NCBI GenBank assembly: GCA_019058445.1
Contig: JAHPZA010000006.1
Coordinates: forward strand, 1-64,000
Source of the DNA: Promethearchaeota archaeon
Lineage (GTDB): Archaea > Asgardarchaeota > Lokiarchaeia > Sigyniarchaeales > SOKP01
DNA length: 64,000 bases
Direction of reading: 5' to 3'
The position numbers and the translations under genes are program-made. This document shows, piece after piece, positions 40,638 to 49,411 of this stretch (position 1 is its first letter; each line of letters opens with the position of its first letter). The notes beneath the pieces are model-generated. The model did not search any database, was not told the origin of the DNA, and saw only the letters and a program-made list of their open reading frames with translations.

Positions 40638-41504
40638 ATGGCAAAAATATATGCAATTCACTTAGGGTGGGTGTTAGTAGAATCTTATAATGTAGGTGAT
40701 TTAGGTGACAACGACGGTGCGCGAGGAATTTGTAATGACGGAACATTTTTTTACGTTGTTGATTATAATGGTTCAGCAGTATACAAATATCCTTCAGATT
40801 TTAGTTCATTAACGGATTCATATGATATAGGAGCATTGGGTGACAATGATAATCCTTGGGATATTTGTTGGGATGGAACTTATTTTTATGTCACTGATTT
40901 TATAGATGCAAAAGTCTATAAATATAATTCTGACTTCAGTACATTAGAAGACACTATTGATATAGGAGCATTGGGTGGTAATGACGAACCGTATGGTATT
41001 TGTTGGGATGGAACAAACTTCTTCATTACAGATTATGGGGAAGCGTACGTTTATAAATATCCTTCAGATTTTAGTTCATTAGAAGCAAGTTATGATATTG
41101 GCGCATTAGGTGGGAATGACGCACCTATGGGAATTGATTGGGATGGATCTGATTTTTATATATCTGACTATCAAGACGCTAAGGTTTATAAATACCCTTC
41201 AGACTTCTCAGAATTAACTACAAGTTTTAATTTAGCTAACTTAGGTGATAATACGCAACCAATGTGTATGTGTTGGGATGGCACATATTATTATGTAATT
41301 GAATATAAAGATACTGTTTATAAATATGCAGGGGAAATATTAGATATAACCTCCGATGTCAGCTACTGTAAAATCATCACAGAAGTCCGCCAAGTTCCTA
41401 AAGCTATTATAAAGGTACGAAATCAACCATTTGAAGCAGATGATCTCATTCGAATTGTCGGTAATTATACATCATTCAAAAACTGTATAAGGCATGGTAG
41501 TTAA
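40638..41504 (+). CDS. Beta-propeller repeat protein, possible receptor-binding protein
   Basis: Five ~43-aa repeats YDIGALGxNDxPxGICWDGTxFY..VYKYPSDFS. Confidence 0.75.
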   Translation: MAKIYAIHLGWVLVESYNVGDLGDNDGARGICNDGTFFYVVDYNGSAVYKYPSDFSSLTDSYDIGALGDNDNPWDICWDGTYFYVTDFIDAKVYKYNSDFSTLEDTIDIGALGGNDEPYGICWDGTNFFITDYGEAYVYKYPSDFSSLEASYDIGALGGNDAPMGIDWDGSDFYISDYQDAKVYKYPSDFSELTTSFNLANLGDNTQPMCMCWDGTYYYVIEYKDTVYKYAGEILDITSDVSYCKIITEVRQVPKAIIKVRNQPFEADDLIRIVGNYTSFKNCIRHGS

Positions 41505-42183
41505 AAGAATTAGAAAAACTATTCTAAGTAAATGGGTAAATAAGCTTAACTTAAATAATATTCCAATTGAGTTTATTTATACAAACAATAATACATTTGA
41601 AAATGGTTTATGTAGTTATGATTTTAACGCAAAAAAGTATAGGATATTTATAACTCCAAATTCTGATAAAGAAACCTATATTCACGAACTAGGGCATATT
41701 TACTTCGATAAATTGACTAATGCTTTAAACTACTATCAAAAAAACCCTTTTAAGAATATTTATATTAGAAATAGCATTGAGGACGGTTTTGTTAATTATA
41801 ACCTAAGTAAATTTAATGAGTTTTATGATCTTATTAATGAAAATATAGGAAGATCAAAACCAATTAATTATTTGATCAAGAGTTTTAGTTTAAATAGACT
41901 TTTAGGTGGTTATATTTATGATTATCTTCATTGGAACTTCATATTAAAACCAAAAGATCGAAATTTACAAAAAGAAATAATCGATTATAATCTCAATATT
42001 TACCAAAAAGCTATACTCATAAGAGCAAAACAAGAAAAGATTAAATTCAATCAAAAAGACTTATTCAAATTAAGAATAATCTTAAATCAATTTCCTAAAA
42101 TTAAAGATCTTAGAGATTATAAGATCTTAAAAAAGTATGAAGATCAGGTTTTAGAAAAATTTGAAAAAATAAGAGATATTTAA
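41494..42183 (+). CDS. HExxH metallopeptidase-like protein (ImmA/IrrE-like)
   Basis: YIHELGH plus downstream IEDxxVN. Confidence 0.7.
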   Translation: MVVKRIRKTILSKWVNKLNLNNIPIEFIYTNNNTFENGLCSYDFNAKKYRIFITPNSDKETYIHELGHIYFDKLTNALNYYQKNPFKNIYIRNSIEDGFVNYNLSKFNEFYDLINENIGRSKPINYLIKSFSLNRLLGGYIYDYLHWNFILKPKDRNLQKEIIDYNLNIYQKAILIRAKQEKIKFNQKDLFKLRIILNQFPKIKDLRDYKILKKYEDQVLEKFEKIRDI

Positions 42184-42231
42184 CCAAAAGACAAAAATCC
42201 AGATATCTAAAACCTTAAGATCTTCTTTAGA

Positions 42232-42624
42232 TTAATAAGAGGGTTTAAATCCCGTTATTTCATACACTAGGGATCGATGGAGAAATCCATCTTTCTCTAA
42301 ATTATTATTTCTTTTACTAAAATCATCAAAATGCGGAATAATTGATTTTCTTTTTTTGTATTGATTAAATAAGATCTTTTTTTGAGATTTCATGAATCTA
42401 TGCTCTTTTTCTTTCACATTTTTTTGATTTTTATCAGTCAAATCAAATATATCAAGTAAGAAATATAAAGAATCCATAGATAATTCATATTTTTCCGTTT
42501 TTTCGCTTTCTCTTTTACAATATAACCAAATACTAAAAACTGGCTTACGATTTTTATGAACTAACACATATTTCCATAAATATTTACAATTTCCTTTTTT
42601 TAGTTCTTTACTTATAATAAACAT
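42232..42624 (-). CDS. Viral hypothetical protein
   Basis: 130-aa ORF convergent on peptidase. Confidence 0.55.
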   Translation of the reverse strand: MFIISKELKKGNCKYLWKYVLVHKNRKPVFSIWLYCKRESEKTEKYELSMDSLYFLLDIFDLTDKNQKNVKEKEHRFMKSQKKILFNQYKKRKSIIPHFDDFSKRNNNLEKDGFLHRSLVYEITGFKPSY

Positions 42625-42668
42625 TTTCTTTCTAATATTTTACCTGTTTTTTATCATTTTAATAAAAT

Positions 42669-42698
42669 AAAAAAATAGATGGGGATTATTCCCCATCT
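42669..42698 (-). terminator. Hairpin plus T-run on minus strand
   Basis: AGATGGGGA/TCCCCATCT stem followed by T7 on minus strand. Confidence 0.65.
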
Positions 42699-42732
42699 TA
42701 AAACGTAGCAATAAATACGTTCAATGCGCGTT

Positions 42733-42885
42733 CTAACAATATACTAACGTTACTTTATTCTTTTTAATGAATCCTAATTTTTCTAATTTGTCAATAATTA
42801 CTTCTTCCGTTTTTTCTAAGCTTCGATATAGGTTTAAGAGACGTTCTATTTCTTCTTCTTTAGATGCTTCAATCTGCTGGCTCAT
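42733..42885 (-). CDS. Small viral protein (50 aa, not in ORF track)
   Basis: MSQQIEASKEEEIERLL...; SD GGAGGTGA; ATGA overlap with upstream ORF. Confidence 0.65.
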   Translation of the reverse strand: MSQQIEASKEEEIERLLNLYRSLEKTEEVIIDKLEKLGFIKKNKVTLVYC

Positions 42886-43163
42886 TTTATCACCTCCTCT
42901 ATTATTTTTTTAATTCCGTTAATTAGAATCATGATAATAACAAATATTTGAAACCCTATAAGCAAAAATAGAATTAAATCATATATTAAACTCCCGTGAA
43001 CAACTAAGCCACAGCAATTAACAAATCCCCCTTCACCTTTTTCATATGAATTTTTTATTGAGTTACTTACTAAATGTAATGTTAAAGCGAATACTATTAC
43101 AAATATAGCTAAAATGGTATTTACAATTAATAAAAATAATAGATTTTTTACTTTTTTTTCCAT
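42882..43163 (-). CDS. Two-TM viral membrane protein
   Basis: Two hydrophobic helices; likely start MEKKVK. Confidence 0.65.
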   Translation of the reverse strand: MEKKVKNLLFLLIVNTILAIFVIVFALTLHLVSNSIKNSYEKGEGGFVNCCGLVVHGSLIYDLILFLLIGFQIFVIIMILINGIKKIIEEVIK

Positions 43164-43354
43164 TTTTATCTCCAATACACGTCATCGTCGCAAGGTTTAT
43201 AAATCTTCTGACTACAAAACGGTACAAAAGTTTATAAGATTTAACAATAATATACAATTAGATCGGAAGAGTTCTTCTCATCTCCGAGAATTAAACTAAT
43301 TTTAGTTTAGCTCTTCCGATCGCTATTAATACCTTTTCGATCCCAGATTAAAAC

Positions 43355-43371
43355 TGAAAGAGATGTTTCAC
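43355..43371 (+). repeat. attR core TGAAAGAGATGTTTCAC
   Basis: Identical to 25721-25737. Confidence 0.93.
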
Positions 43372-43462
43372 GATCTTACCGACAAAGCTTTTCAAAGTTT
43401 AAAATTTAAAGAGAATTTTTAGTTAACTTTTAAAAATTAAGAGTATAATAGAAGCTTTTTCT

Positions 43463-43669
43463 TTAAGTCAGGACTTCTAATATTTTTGTAAGAATTCGGG
43501 CCTTTCCACCTGTAGATTGGAGTAGAGTCTTTCCACAAACTAAACAGGTTACATCTGTTGCGCTACACCCGAATATTATTTGCTGATTTCCACAATTTAA
43601 GCATTTCACACGTAAGAATCGAGATTTTGGTTGGGGAATTAATTCTTTACCTTTTATATTTTTTGCCAT
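43463..43669 (-). CDS. rps27e: 30S ribosomal protein S27e
   Basis: [19 protein letters not shown]. Confidence 0.96.
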   Translation of the reverse strand: MAKNIKGKELIPQPKSRFLRVKCLNCGNQQIIFGCSATDVTCLVCGKTLLQSTGGKARILTKILEVLT

Positions 43670-43685
43670 ATTAATCACTCAATTA

Positions 43686-43967
43686 TTATTTTTCTTGTAG
43701 TTCAAGTTTTTTTACTCGATATGATTTACTATATTGTTTTTTACCACATTCCGAGCATTCAAGTAAAGGCGTTGTTCTTTTATTAATTTTCGCGTTTTTA
43801 TGAAAAATTTCTTTAGGAAAAGAGCCATATCCTTTCTTCTTTCTTTCCACTCTCCTCCTTCCATGATTCATCATTCGTTCTTTTCCCTTTTTATAAACAG
43901 AAACATTATGTACTGTGTGGCTTCTGCATGTTGGACAATATCTATTCATCGTTCGTGGAAACTTCAA
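43686..43967 (-). CDS. rpl44e: 50S ribosomal protein L44e
   Basis: YCPTC..HTVH, KKGYG, LECSECG. Confidence 0.95.
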   Translation of the reverse strand: MKFPRTMNRYCPTCRSHTVHNVSVYKKGKERMMNHGRRRVERKKKGYGSFPKEIFHKNAKINKRTTPLLECSECGKKQYSKSYRVKKLELQEK

Positions 43968-44155
43968 TTTTCACAGACCTTTCCTTTTATAATTAACATA
44001 AGTAGTTAATTATAAATTTTAAATTTTATGAGTTCTGTTTTCTGAAAGCTAAAAATTAATCTTCAAGATGAAAAATTAGTATGATATGGTTTAATAAAAA
44101 ATAATTTAAACAATTTCTACATAATTTTAATAAATACATAACTAAAGGATGTTTA

Positions 44156-45076
44156 ATGTTTAAGGAGAAATTTAAAGACGGAATTATAAGTGCCAAGCAA
44201 TTCACCAGAGAGGATATTTCGTATATTTTAAAGAAAGGCAAAGAAATGATAAAGAATACAAATTCTAACTTGCTCAGAGGAAAGATTTTAGCGACTTTAT
44301 TTTTTGAACCATCAACCCGTACACGTCTTAGTTTTGAATCTGCGATGTATAGATTAGGAGGAAGTGTTATTGGTTTCCAATCTGGTGATGTATCTTCAAT
44401 TAAAAAAGGGGAGAGTATTGCAGACACTATACGAACTGTAGAAAATTATTGTGATTGTATAGTGATGAGGCATCCGTTAGAAGGTTCTGCCAAATTAGCA
44501 GCAAACTTTGCAAAAATCCCAATAATTAACGCCGGTTCTGGCAGTGGTGAACATCCGACCCAAGGATTGCTTGATTTACTCACTATTTCTGAGGAGTGTG
44601 GAACTTTAGATGGATTGAATATTGGTATTATGGGAGACTTGAAATATGGTAGAACAGTACATTCACTTTCAATTTTATTGTCAAATTATGAAGTCAATCT
44701 CTATTTTATCAGCCCCCCGGAATTGTCAATGAGAAATCGATATAAAGAATTCTTAATTAATGAAAGAGAGGCAAAATTTAAAGAAATAACGCAATATAGA
44801 AAAATTCTGGATGTGTTAGATGTCCTTTATATAACCAGAATTCAAAAAGAAAGGTTTGTCGATCAAGAAGAATATGAACGAGTTAAAGGGATTTATGTTT
44901 TCAATAAAGATGATCTCAAGGAAACAAAAAGCACTTTCAAATTGATGCATCCTTTACCTCGAATTACTGAAATTTCTCCTGATGTCGATGATTCAGAAAA
45001 GGCAATTTACTTTCGGCAGACGAATTATGGGCTTCAACTAAGAAAGGCACTTTTAGCTGAATTACTAAAAGATTAA
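44156..45076 (+). CDS. pyrB: Aspartate carbamoyltransferase catalytic subunit
   Basis: FFEPSTRTRLSF, HPTQ, GDLKYGRTVHS, MHPLPR. Confidence 0.98.
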   Translation: MFKEKFKDGIISAKQFTREDISYILKKGKEMIKNTNSNLLRGKILATLFFEPSTRTRLSFESAMYRLGGSVIGFQSGDVSSIKKGESIADTIRTVENYCDCIVMRHPLEGSAKLAANFAKIPIINAGSGSGEHPTQGLLDLLTISEECGTLDGLNIGIMGDLKYGRTVHSLSILLSNYEVNLYFISPPELSMRNRYKEFLINEREAKFKEITQYRKILDVLDVLYITRIQKERFVDQEEYERVKGIYVFNKDDLKETKSTFKLMHPLPRITEISPDVDDSEKAIYFRQTNYGLQLRKALLAELLKD

Positions 45077-47064
45077 TGATTTATCATAAAAGCGTGTAAT
45101 TTGGATTTAAATAGGAAATTCATTATTTCTTTAGTTAAAACCTGATTTGAATCCATCTTACAAGCAAATAGAGATCCACCATCAAGTATTCTTTCGAACT
45201 TTTTGAATAATGAGATTTTATTTTGAAATGATAAGTTCGAGTTGGTTTGAATTATTTGGAAGGGGTTTTGATTCTTAAAACCATATGGAATTTGAAAAGT
45301 TTTAGCACCGTTTAAGATTTTAATATTACAAGGTTGACTTAAATTATAATTAGCGTTTTCAATATCATTTTTTTCTCTAATTAAATCTCTAAGAAAAGAT
45401 AAAACACTCAATGCAAAATTTTGACTTTTTTCAATTTTATCGAGATCTAAACCACAGTGGTGTTTAACCGCTTCATTTAATCCAAAGAAACTAATTGATT
45501 TTAAGGAATCCTCAACCCAGTCATCTAATTTTATTCCTAACACTTCAGTTATAATGAATTTCCAATCCTTCATTTGATTTAATTTTTTCACTACTAAAGT
45601 TTTCTTATAATCGAAAAATTCAAAGACTAAGTTTAATTTTTCCTGTAATAGCCTATAAAACATATCATCATTTTGATTCGCTTTTTGAGCAATAATATTT
45701 AAATTTATTAATATTTTGTCTAATATTATTCTGTTTTCATTATAATCTTGATTTTTAACACGTACAATTGCTGAATTTAATAAATTAGAAGATTTTTGAT
45801 TGTAAAATATAATATTCTTTAAACTGGTCAATGAAATAAATTCATTATAAACGTTATCATTAGATATTGAACGATCATATTTGAAATAATCGAACAAAAT
45901 TAAAGGAGGTATAAACTTTCTTTTGGGATAGTTTTCTGGATTTAAATTTTTAAAAAATACGCTATCGTCTTGAAATAGAGATGAGAAGTCCCTGCTTAGC
46001 TCATCACCATTACTATAATTAAAGTCTAATGTTATATGTGGATTATTGTCTCTAAAAGATTCACTATACCCAGACATTCGCGAAATTATTAAACTATAAA
46101 GTTCTGATTGATCTTCATTTTTAAGAATGTTAAAATAAGGTAGAAATTTTATATTAAATTCACTTAATAAGATATCTTCAGAAAAATAAGGTTGAAACAT
46201 TTTCAAGAAATCTGTAAATTTTAGGATTAATGAAATCAAATCCATCATATTTTTGTATTCTTTTGATAAGTTGGATTTATTTTGATAAAGCATCTCCAAA
46301 ATGCTGTCGGTGGTTAAATGGATGCTTAATGGCCTTAGAGCCCATTGGTTTAAATGAAGAAGTATAACCTCCCCAGATAAATACATATCAGCAAAAGGTT
46401 TTGGTAATAAATTTAAAAGTAAATATTGTTCTGAAACATCTGAACCTAAAAGACGGATAAAATCTATAGGAGTGATGTCCTTTGCATTAAAATATTTCGA
46501 GACTTCATAAGGAGGCGTCCCTAATCGAGTCAATTTATGTCTTACTTCTTCAAGATCATTTTCTAAGAGAATAACATTAATATATTCACGCATTAATGGA
46601 GCAGTTAAATAATCGATATTAGTATTTTTGAGACGTTGTTTAACTTGACTGGCAATATCTTCTGCTAAATGTTTTTCTAATTCACCTTCTTTAATTAAAT
46701 ATTCTTCGATTTTATTGATATTAAATCTCTCTTTAGAATATTTGGAAGTTCTGATCATAATAGGATTTTTACTATCGTTAAGAAGTTGTTCCATATTTAA
46801 AATGAACTTTACTATTTGTTTACCAAAAACTGTGATTGAATATCCATCCTCTTTAGAGGATATCAGAGATAAATTTTTTAAGGGTCTTAAGTGGAATGAA
46901 AAATTTTTAGAATTGGATATTTTACCTAAAACCTCTTTTTGAAGCGTTGAAAATGACACAGGATTGTCATGTTGATTCAATTTATTTAAAATTTCTCGTC
47001 TAATAGGTTGCTGGAGAACTTTCAAATATTTTCCTAAATCTGTTATATTTTTGTCGGAACTCAT
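45073..47064 (-). CDS. ArsR-like HTH + ATP-cone + degenerate class III RNR (NrdD)-like fusion
   Basis: N-terminal wHTH; IRTS..F...I..L..E ATP cone; TAPLMRE, RLG, SISFFGLNE, GGS; no C-terminal Zn/RxxGY domain. Confidence 0.75.
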   Translation of the reverse strand: MSSDKNITDLGKYLKVLQQPIRREILNKLNQHDNPVSFSTLQKEVLGKISNSKNFSFHLRPLKNLSLISSKEDGYSITVFGKQIVKFILNMEQLLNDSKNPIMIRTSKYSKERFNINKIEEYLIKEGELEKHLAEDIASQVKQRLKNTNIDYLTAPLMREYINVILLENDLEEVRHKLTRLGTPPYEVSKYFNAKDITPIDFIRLLGSDVSEQYLLLNLLPKPFADMYLSGEVILLHLNQWALRPLSIHLTTDSILEMLYQNKSNLSKEYKNMMDLISLILKFTDFLKMFQPYFSEDILLSEFNIKFLPYFNILKNEDQSELYSLIISRMSGYSESFRDNNPHITLDFNYSNGDELSRDFSSLFQDDSVFFKNLNPENYPKRKFIPPLILFDYFKYDRSISNDNVYNEFISLTSLKNIIFYNQKSSNLLNSAIVRVKNQDYNENRIILDKILINLNIIAQKANQNDDMFYRLLQEKLNLVFEFFDYKKTLVVKKLNQMKDWKFIITEVLGIKLDDWVEDSLKSISFFGLNEAVKHHCGLDLDKIEKSQNFALSVLSFLRDLIREKNDIENANYNLSQPCNIKILNGAKTFQIPYGFKNQNPFQIIQTNSNLSFQNKISLFKKFERILDGGSLFACKMDSNQVLTKEIMNFLFKSKLHAFMINH

Positions 47065-47229
47065 TAATGTATCAAAAACTTCTTTTGATTCTCTTAAATC
47101 TAATTATAAAATAATAGGTTCATCAGAAATATAAAAATTTAGGAAGTTTTGAGTTGCTTGCCATTTTCTGATGATACACTGGTGATATTGAACAGAATAT
47201 TTCAAATAAAAATTCAAAAACTAGAGAGT

Positions 47230-47844
47230 CTATCTCGCAGAAACGGCTATTCTTTCAATTTCATCTTTCCTTTTTACGGCTCTTGATTCTTGTGAATTTT
47301 TTGATGCTAATGCAAGCTCTTGTGCGAGATTTTCTTCAAAATTATGCAAATTTCCATGAGATCTTGCACCTACAGCCTGAACGAGGTATTTAAGAGCTAA
47401 GTCTACTCTCCTTTGAGGAGCAATATCAACAGCCGAAGCATAAGAAATACCACCCATCGCAATTCGAGTTGTTTCTTCTCTGGGAGCGGTATTGCATATT
47501 GCGTCTACTAAAACTTGAATAGGATTTTCTCTGGTAATATGTTCTATTAATGTAAATGCTGTCTTTATACATTTAATTAATTTATTTTTCTTTCCGGAGT
47601 TGTATGAACTCTTATGTCCTCTTATTTTACTTCCAATAAATCCAGGAGCTAATAATCTATTTAATAACCTTTCTACAATTGAAATGTTTGACTTCCAAAA
47701 CCTCTTATGTTCATGCCGTCCGCAAGATGATGGCACGATAATCGGTCTCAGATTAATATAATTTTCTAAGGTAAAATCTCTTACTTCTATATCTTCAAAA
47801 GACCATTTATTAAATAGCTTGACAGCTAAATTACTCTTACTCAT
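47230..47844 (-). CDS. rps7: 30S ribosomal protein S7
   Basis: KLFNKW, NPIQVL, PREETTRI, VDIAPQRRVD. Confidence 0.97.
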   Translation of the reverse strand: MSKSNLAVKLFNKWSFEDIEVRDFTLENYINLRPIIVPSSCGRHEHKRFWKSNISIVERLLNRLLAPGFIGSKIRGHKSSYNSGKKNKLIKCIKTAFTLIEHITRENPIQVLVDAICNTAPREETTRIAMGGISYASAVDIAPQRRVDLALKYLVQAVGARSHGNLHNFEENLAQELALASKNSQESRAVKRKDEIERIAVSAR

Positions 47845-47849
47845 CTTGA

Positions 47850-48284
47850 TTACCTCATTGGCTTTTCTTTCTTTCCGGTCAATAATGCTTGTAAGCTAAC
47901 ACCATTCACACTAACCACTTTCCAGCGAACCCCCGGTAAATCCCCGACAGCTCTGCCTTTTGCCCCTCCAATGCCCTCAACAATTACACGGTCATGTTCT
48001 TCTATGAAATTAAGGGCACCATCACCAGGCAAGAAAGCAGTCACACCTTTCCCGTTTTTCTTGAGCTGAACCCTTACACATTTTCGAATTGCAGAGTTTG
48101 GTTGTTTACTTTCTCGTCCCACTTTTTGCAAGACAATTCCCAATGCTTGCGGGGCACCTTCAAGTGGATCTGCCTTCTGTTTTAATTTTAATCTCTTCCT
48201 TTTATATTTAGTTTTACTCCATCTGAATCTCTTGCGATTCTTTTTCAGTTGTCTGGCAGCGTATAATCCTTTTGGCTTTCCTAT
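47850..48284 (-). CDS. rps12: 30S ribosomal protein S12 (144 aa, apparent ATA start)
   Basis: [25 protein letters not shown]; conserved N-terminus [10 protein letters not shown] extends 47 codons above the called ORF. Confidence 0.95.
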   Translation of the reverse strand: MGKPKGLYAARQLKKNRKRFRWSKTKYKRKRLKLKQKADPLEGAPQALGIVLQKVGRESKQPNSAIRKCVRVQLKKNGKGVTAFLPGDGALNFIEEHDRVIVEGIGGAKGRAVGDLPGVRWKVVSVNGVSLQALLTGKKEKPMR

Positions 48285-48361
48285 GTTAACACACCAAATA
48301 TCTAATTTTAAATAATAATTAATGAATTAATATTTCTTTAAACTTAAAATTTGTGATTTAA

Positions 48362-48835
48362 TTAGTTCTTAGTATTAATTATGACATTATCTACATCAAA
48401 ATGACGAAGAACTAATAATTTAATTTTTCGAATCATGCTCCCATCTTTTCCAATAGCTTTACCACGATCTTGGGGTCTTACGGAGATAATAACAGTTTTC
48501 TTTTGATTTCTACTCTCCCTTATTTCAATGTTTTGAACTTTTATTGAATTTTTAGTAGTATTTAGAATCGATTGTATGAATTCATTAAGATTTTCTGAGA
48601 ATGGTATGACATCTATCTTCTTTTGAAGTTTTGCCATTAAATCTTTTACATGTTCTCCAGCTTTACCTATTGCTTTTCCAACATCTTCCTTTTTAACTAA
48701 GAAAATTATGATCTCCGAGTGATTTTCTGGAGATTTAAAGATCATACAATCTTTGATAATCGCCCCAGAAATGTTATTAAATAGTGAGATAAGTTCCATT
48801 GAACCCCTATCAATTTTAATATTCTTTTTTAGCAT
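48362..48835 (-). CDS. nusA: Archaeal NusA
   Basis: Two KH motifs GKAIGKxG. Confidence 0.93.
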   Translation of the reverse strand: MLKKNIKIDRGSMELISLFNNISGAIIKDCMIFKSPENHSEIIIFLVKKEDVGKAIGKAGEHVKDLMAKLQKKIDVIPFSENLNEFIQSILNTTKNSIKVQNIEIRESRNQKKTVIISVRPQDRGKAIGKDGSMIRKIKLLVLRHFDVDNVIINTKN

Positions 48836-48856
48836 AGCTTAATTTCCAGATTAACG

Positions 48857-49237
48857 TTAATTTCTTTTGGTTTTTAAAGATAACAAATCAGAATCTCCCT
48901 GATCAATAATACCTATAGCAGAAATCATGTAAGGCTTAGCACACGCTAGTCCAAGATCCCAACTTGAACCCTTATATTTATAAATAAAAAGTTTATTCTT
49001 CAATAATGAATTATAATAATTAAATTGGCTTTCCAACTCTTTAGGACAATTGTTTGCAATTATTAACATCTTAAATGGATTATCCCTTAAGCCTCTTAAA
49101 ACTTGATTTTTCCCGTAAATAACTTTTCCTGTCTTGTAAGCGACTTTGATATTTGTATCAATATCAAATTCTTTTTTCTTTTTACGCGATAAGTCAACAG
49201 ACGTATCAGTTTGTTTGCTCTTCTTTTTTTTTGCCAT
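48857..49237 (-). CDS. rpl30e: 50S ribosomal protein L30e
   Basis: TGKVIYG, ANNCP, LGLACAKPY, GDSD. Confidence 0.95.
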   Translation of the reverse strand: MAKKKKSKQTDTSVDLSRKKKKEFDIDTNIKVAYKTGKVIYGKNQVLRGLRDNPFKMLIIANNCPKELESQFNYYNSLLKNKLFIYKYKGSSWDLGLACAKPYMISAIGIIDQGDSDLLSLKTKRN

Positions 49238-49411
49238 TAGTAGCCAACTTTTTAATTGCTAATATCGTCTTTTTATTATACATTATTTAAAAGTAATTAA
49301 AAAAAATATATTATCATTTTAATTTTTTTGCCATGTTTTACAAGTTCTTCTTCAACACATCTAATTTATTGCTTAAATCAAAGTTAATTTATTCTTTTAT
49401 TGGTTCCGGAT

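Larger units (their letters stand above)
25721..43371. mobile_element. Integrated HK97-type provirus / virus-like element, 17.6 kb
   Basis: Bounded by 17-bp direct repeat; contains integrase, TerL, portal, protease, MCP; flanked by housekeeping genes. Confidence 0.95.

Noticed and set aside
40638-41340. Diversity-generating retroelement target
   Set aside because: No reverse transcriptase or separate template repeat; repeats are in-frame tandem blades
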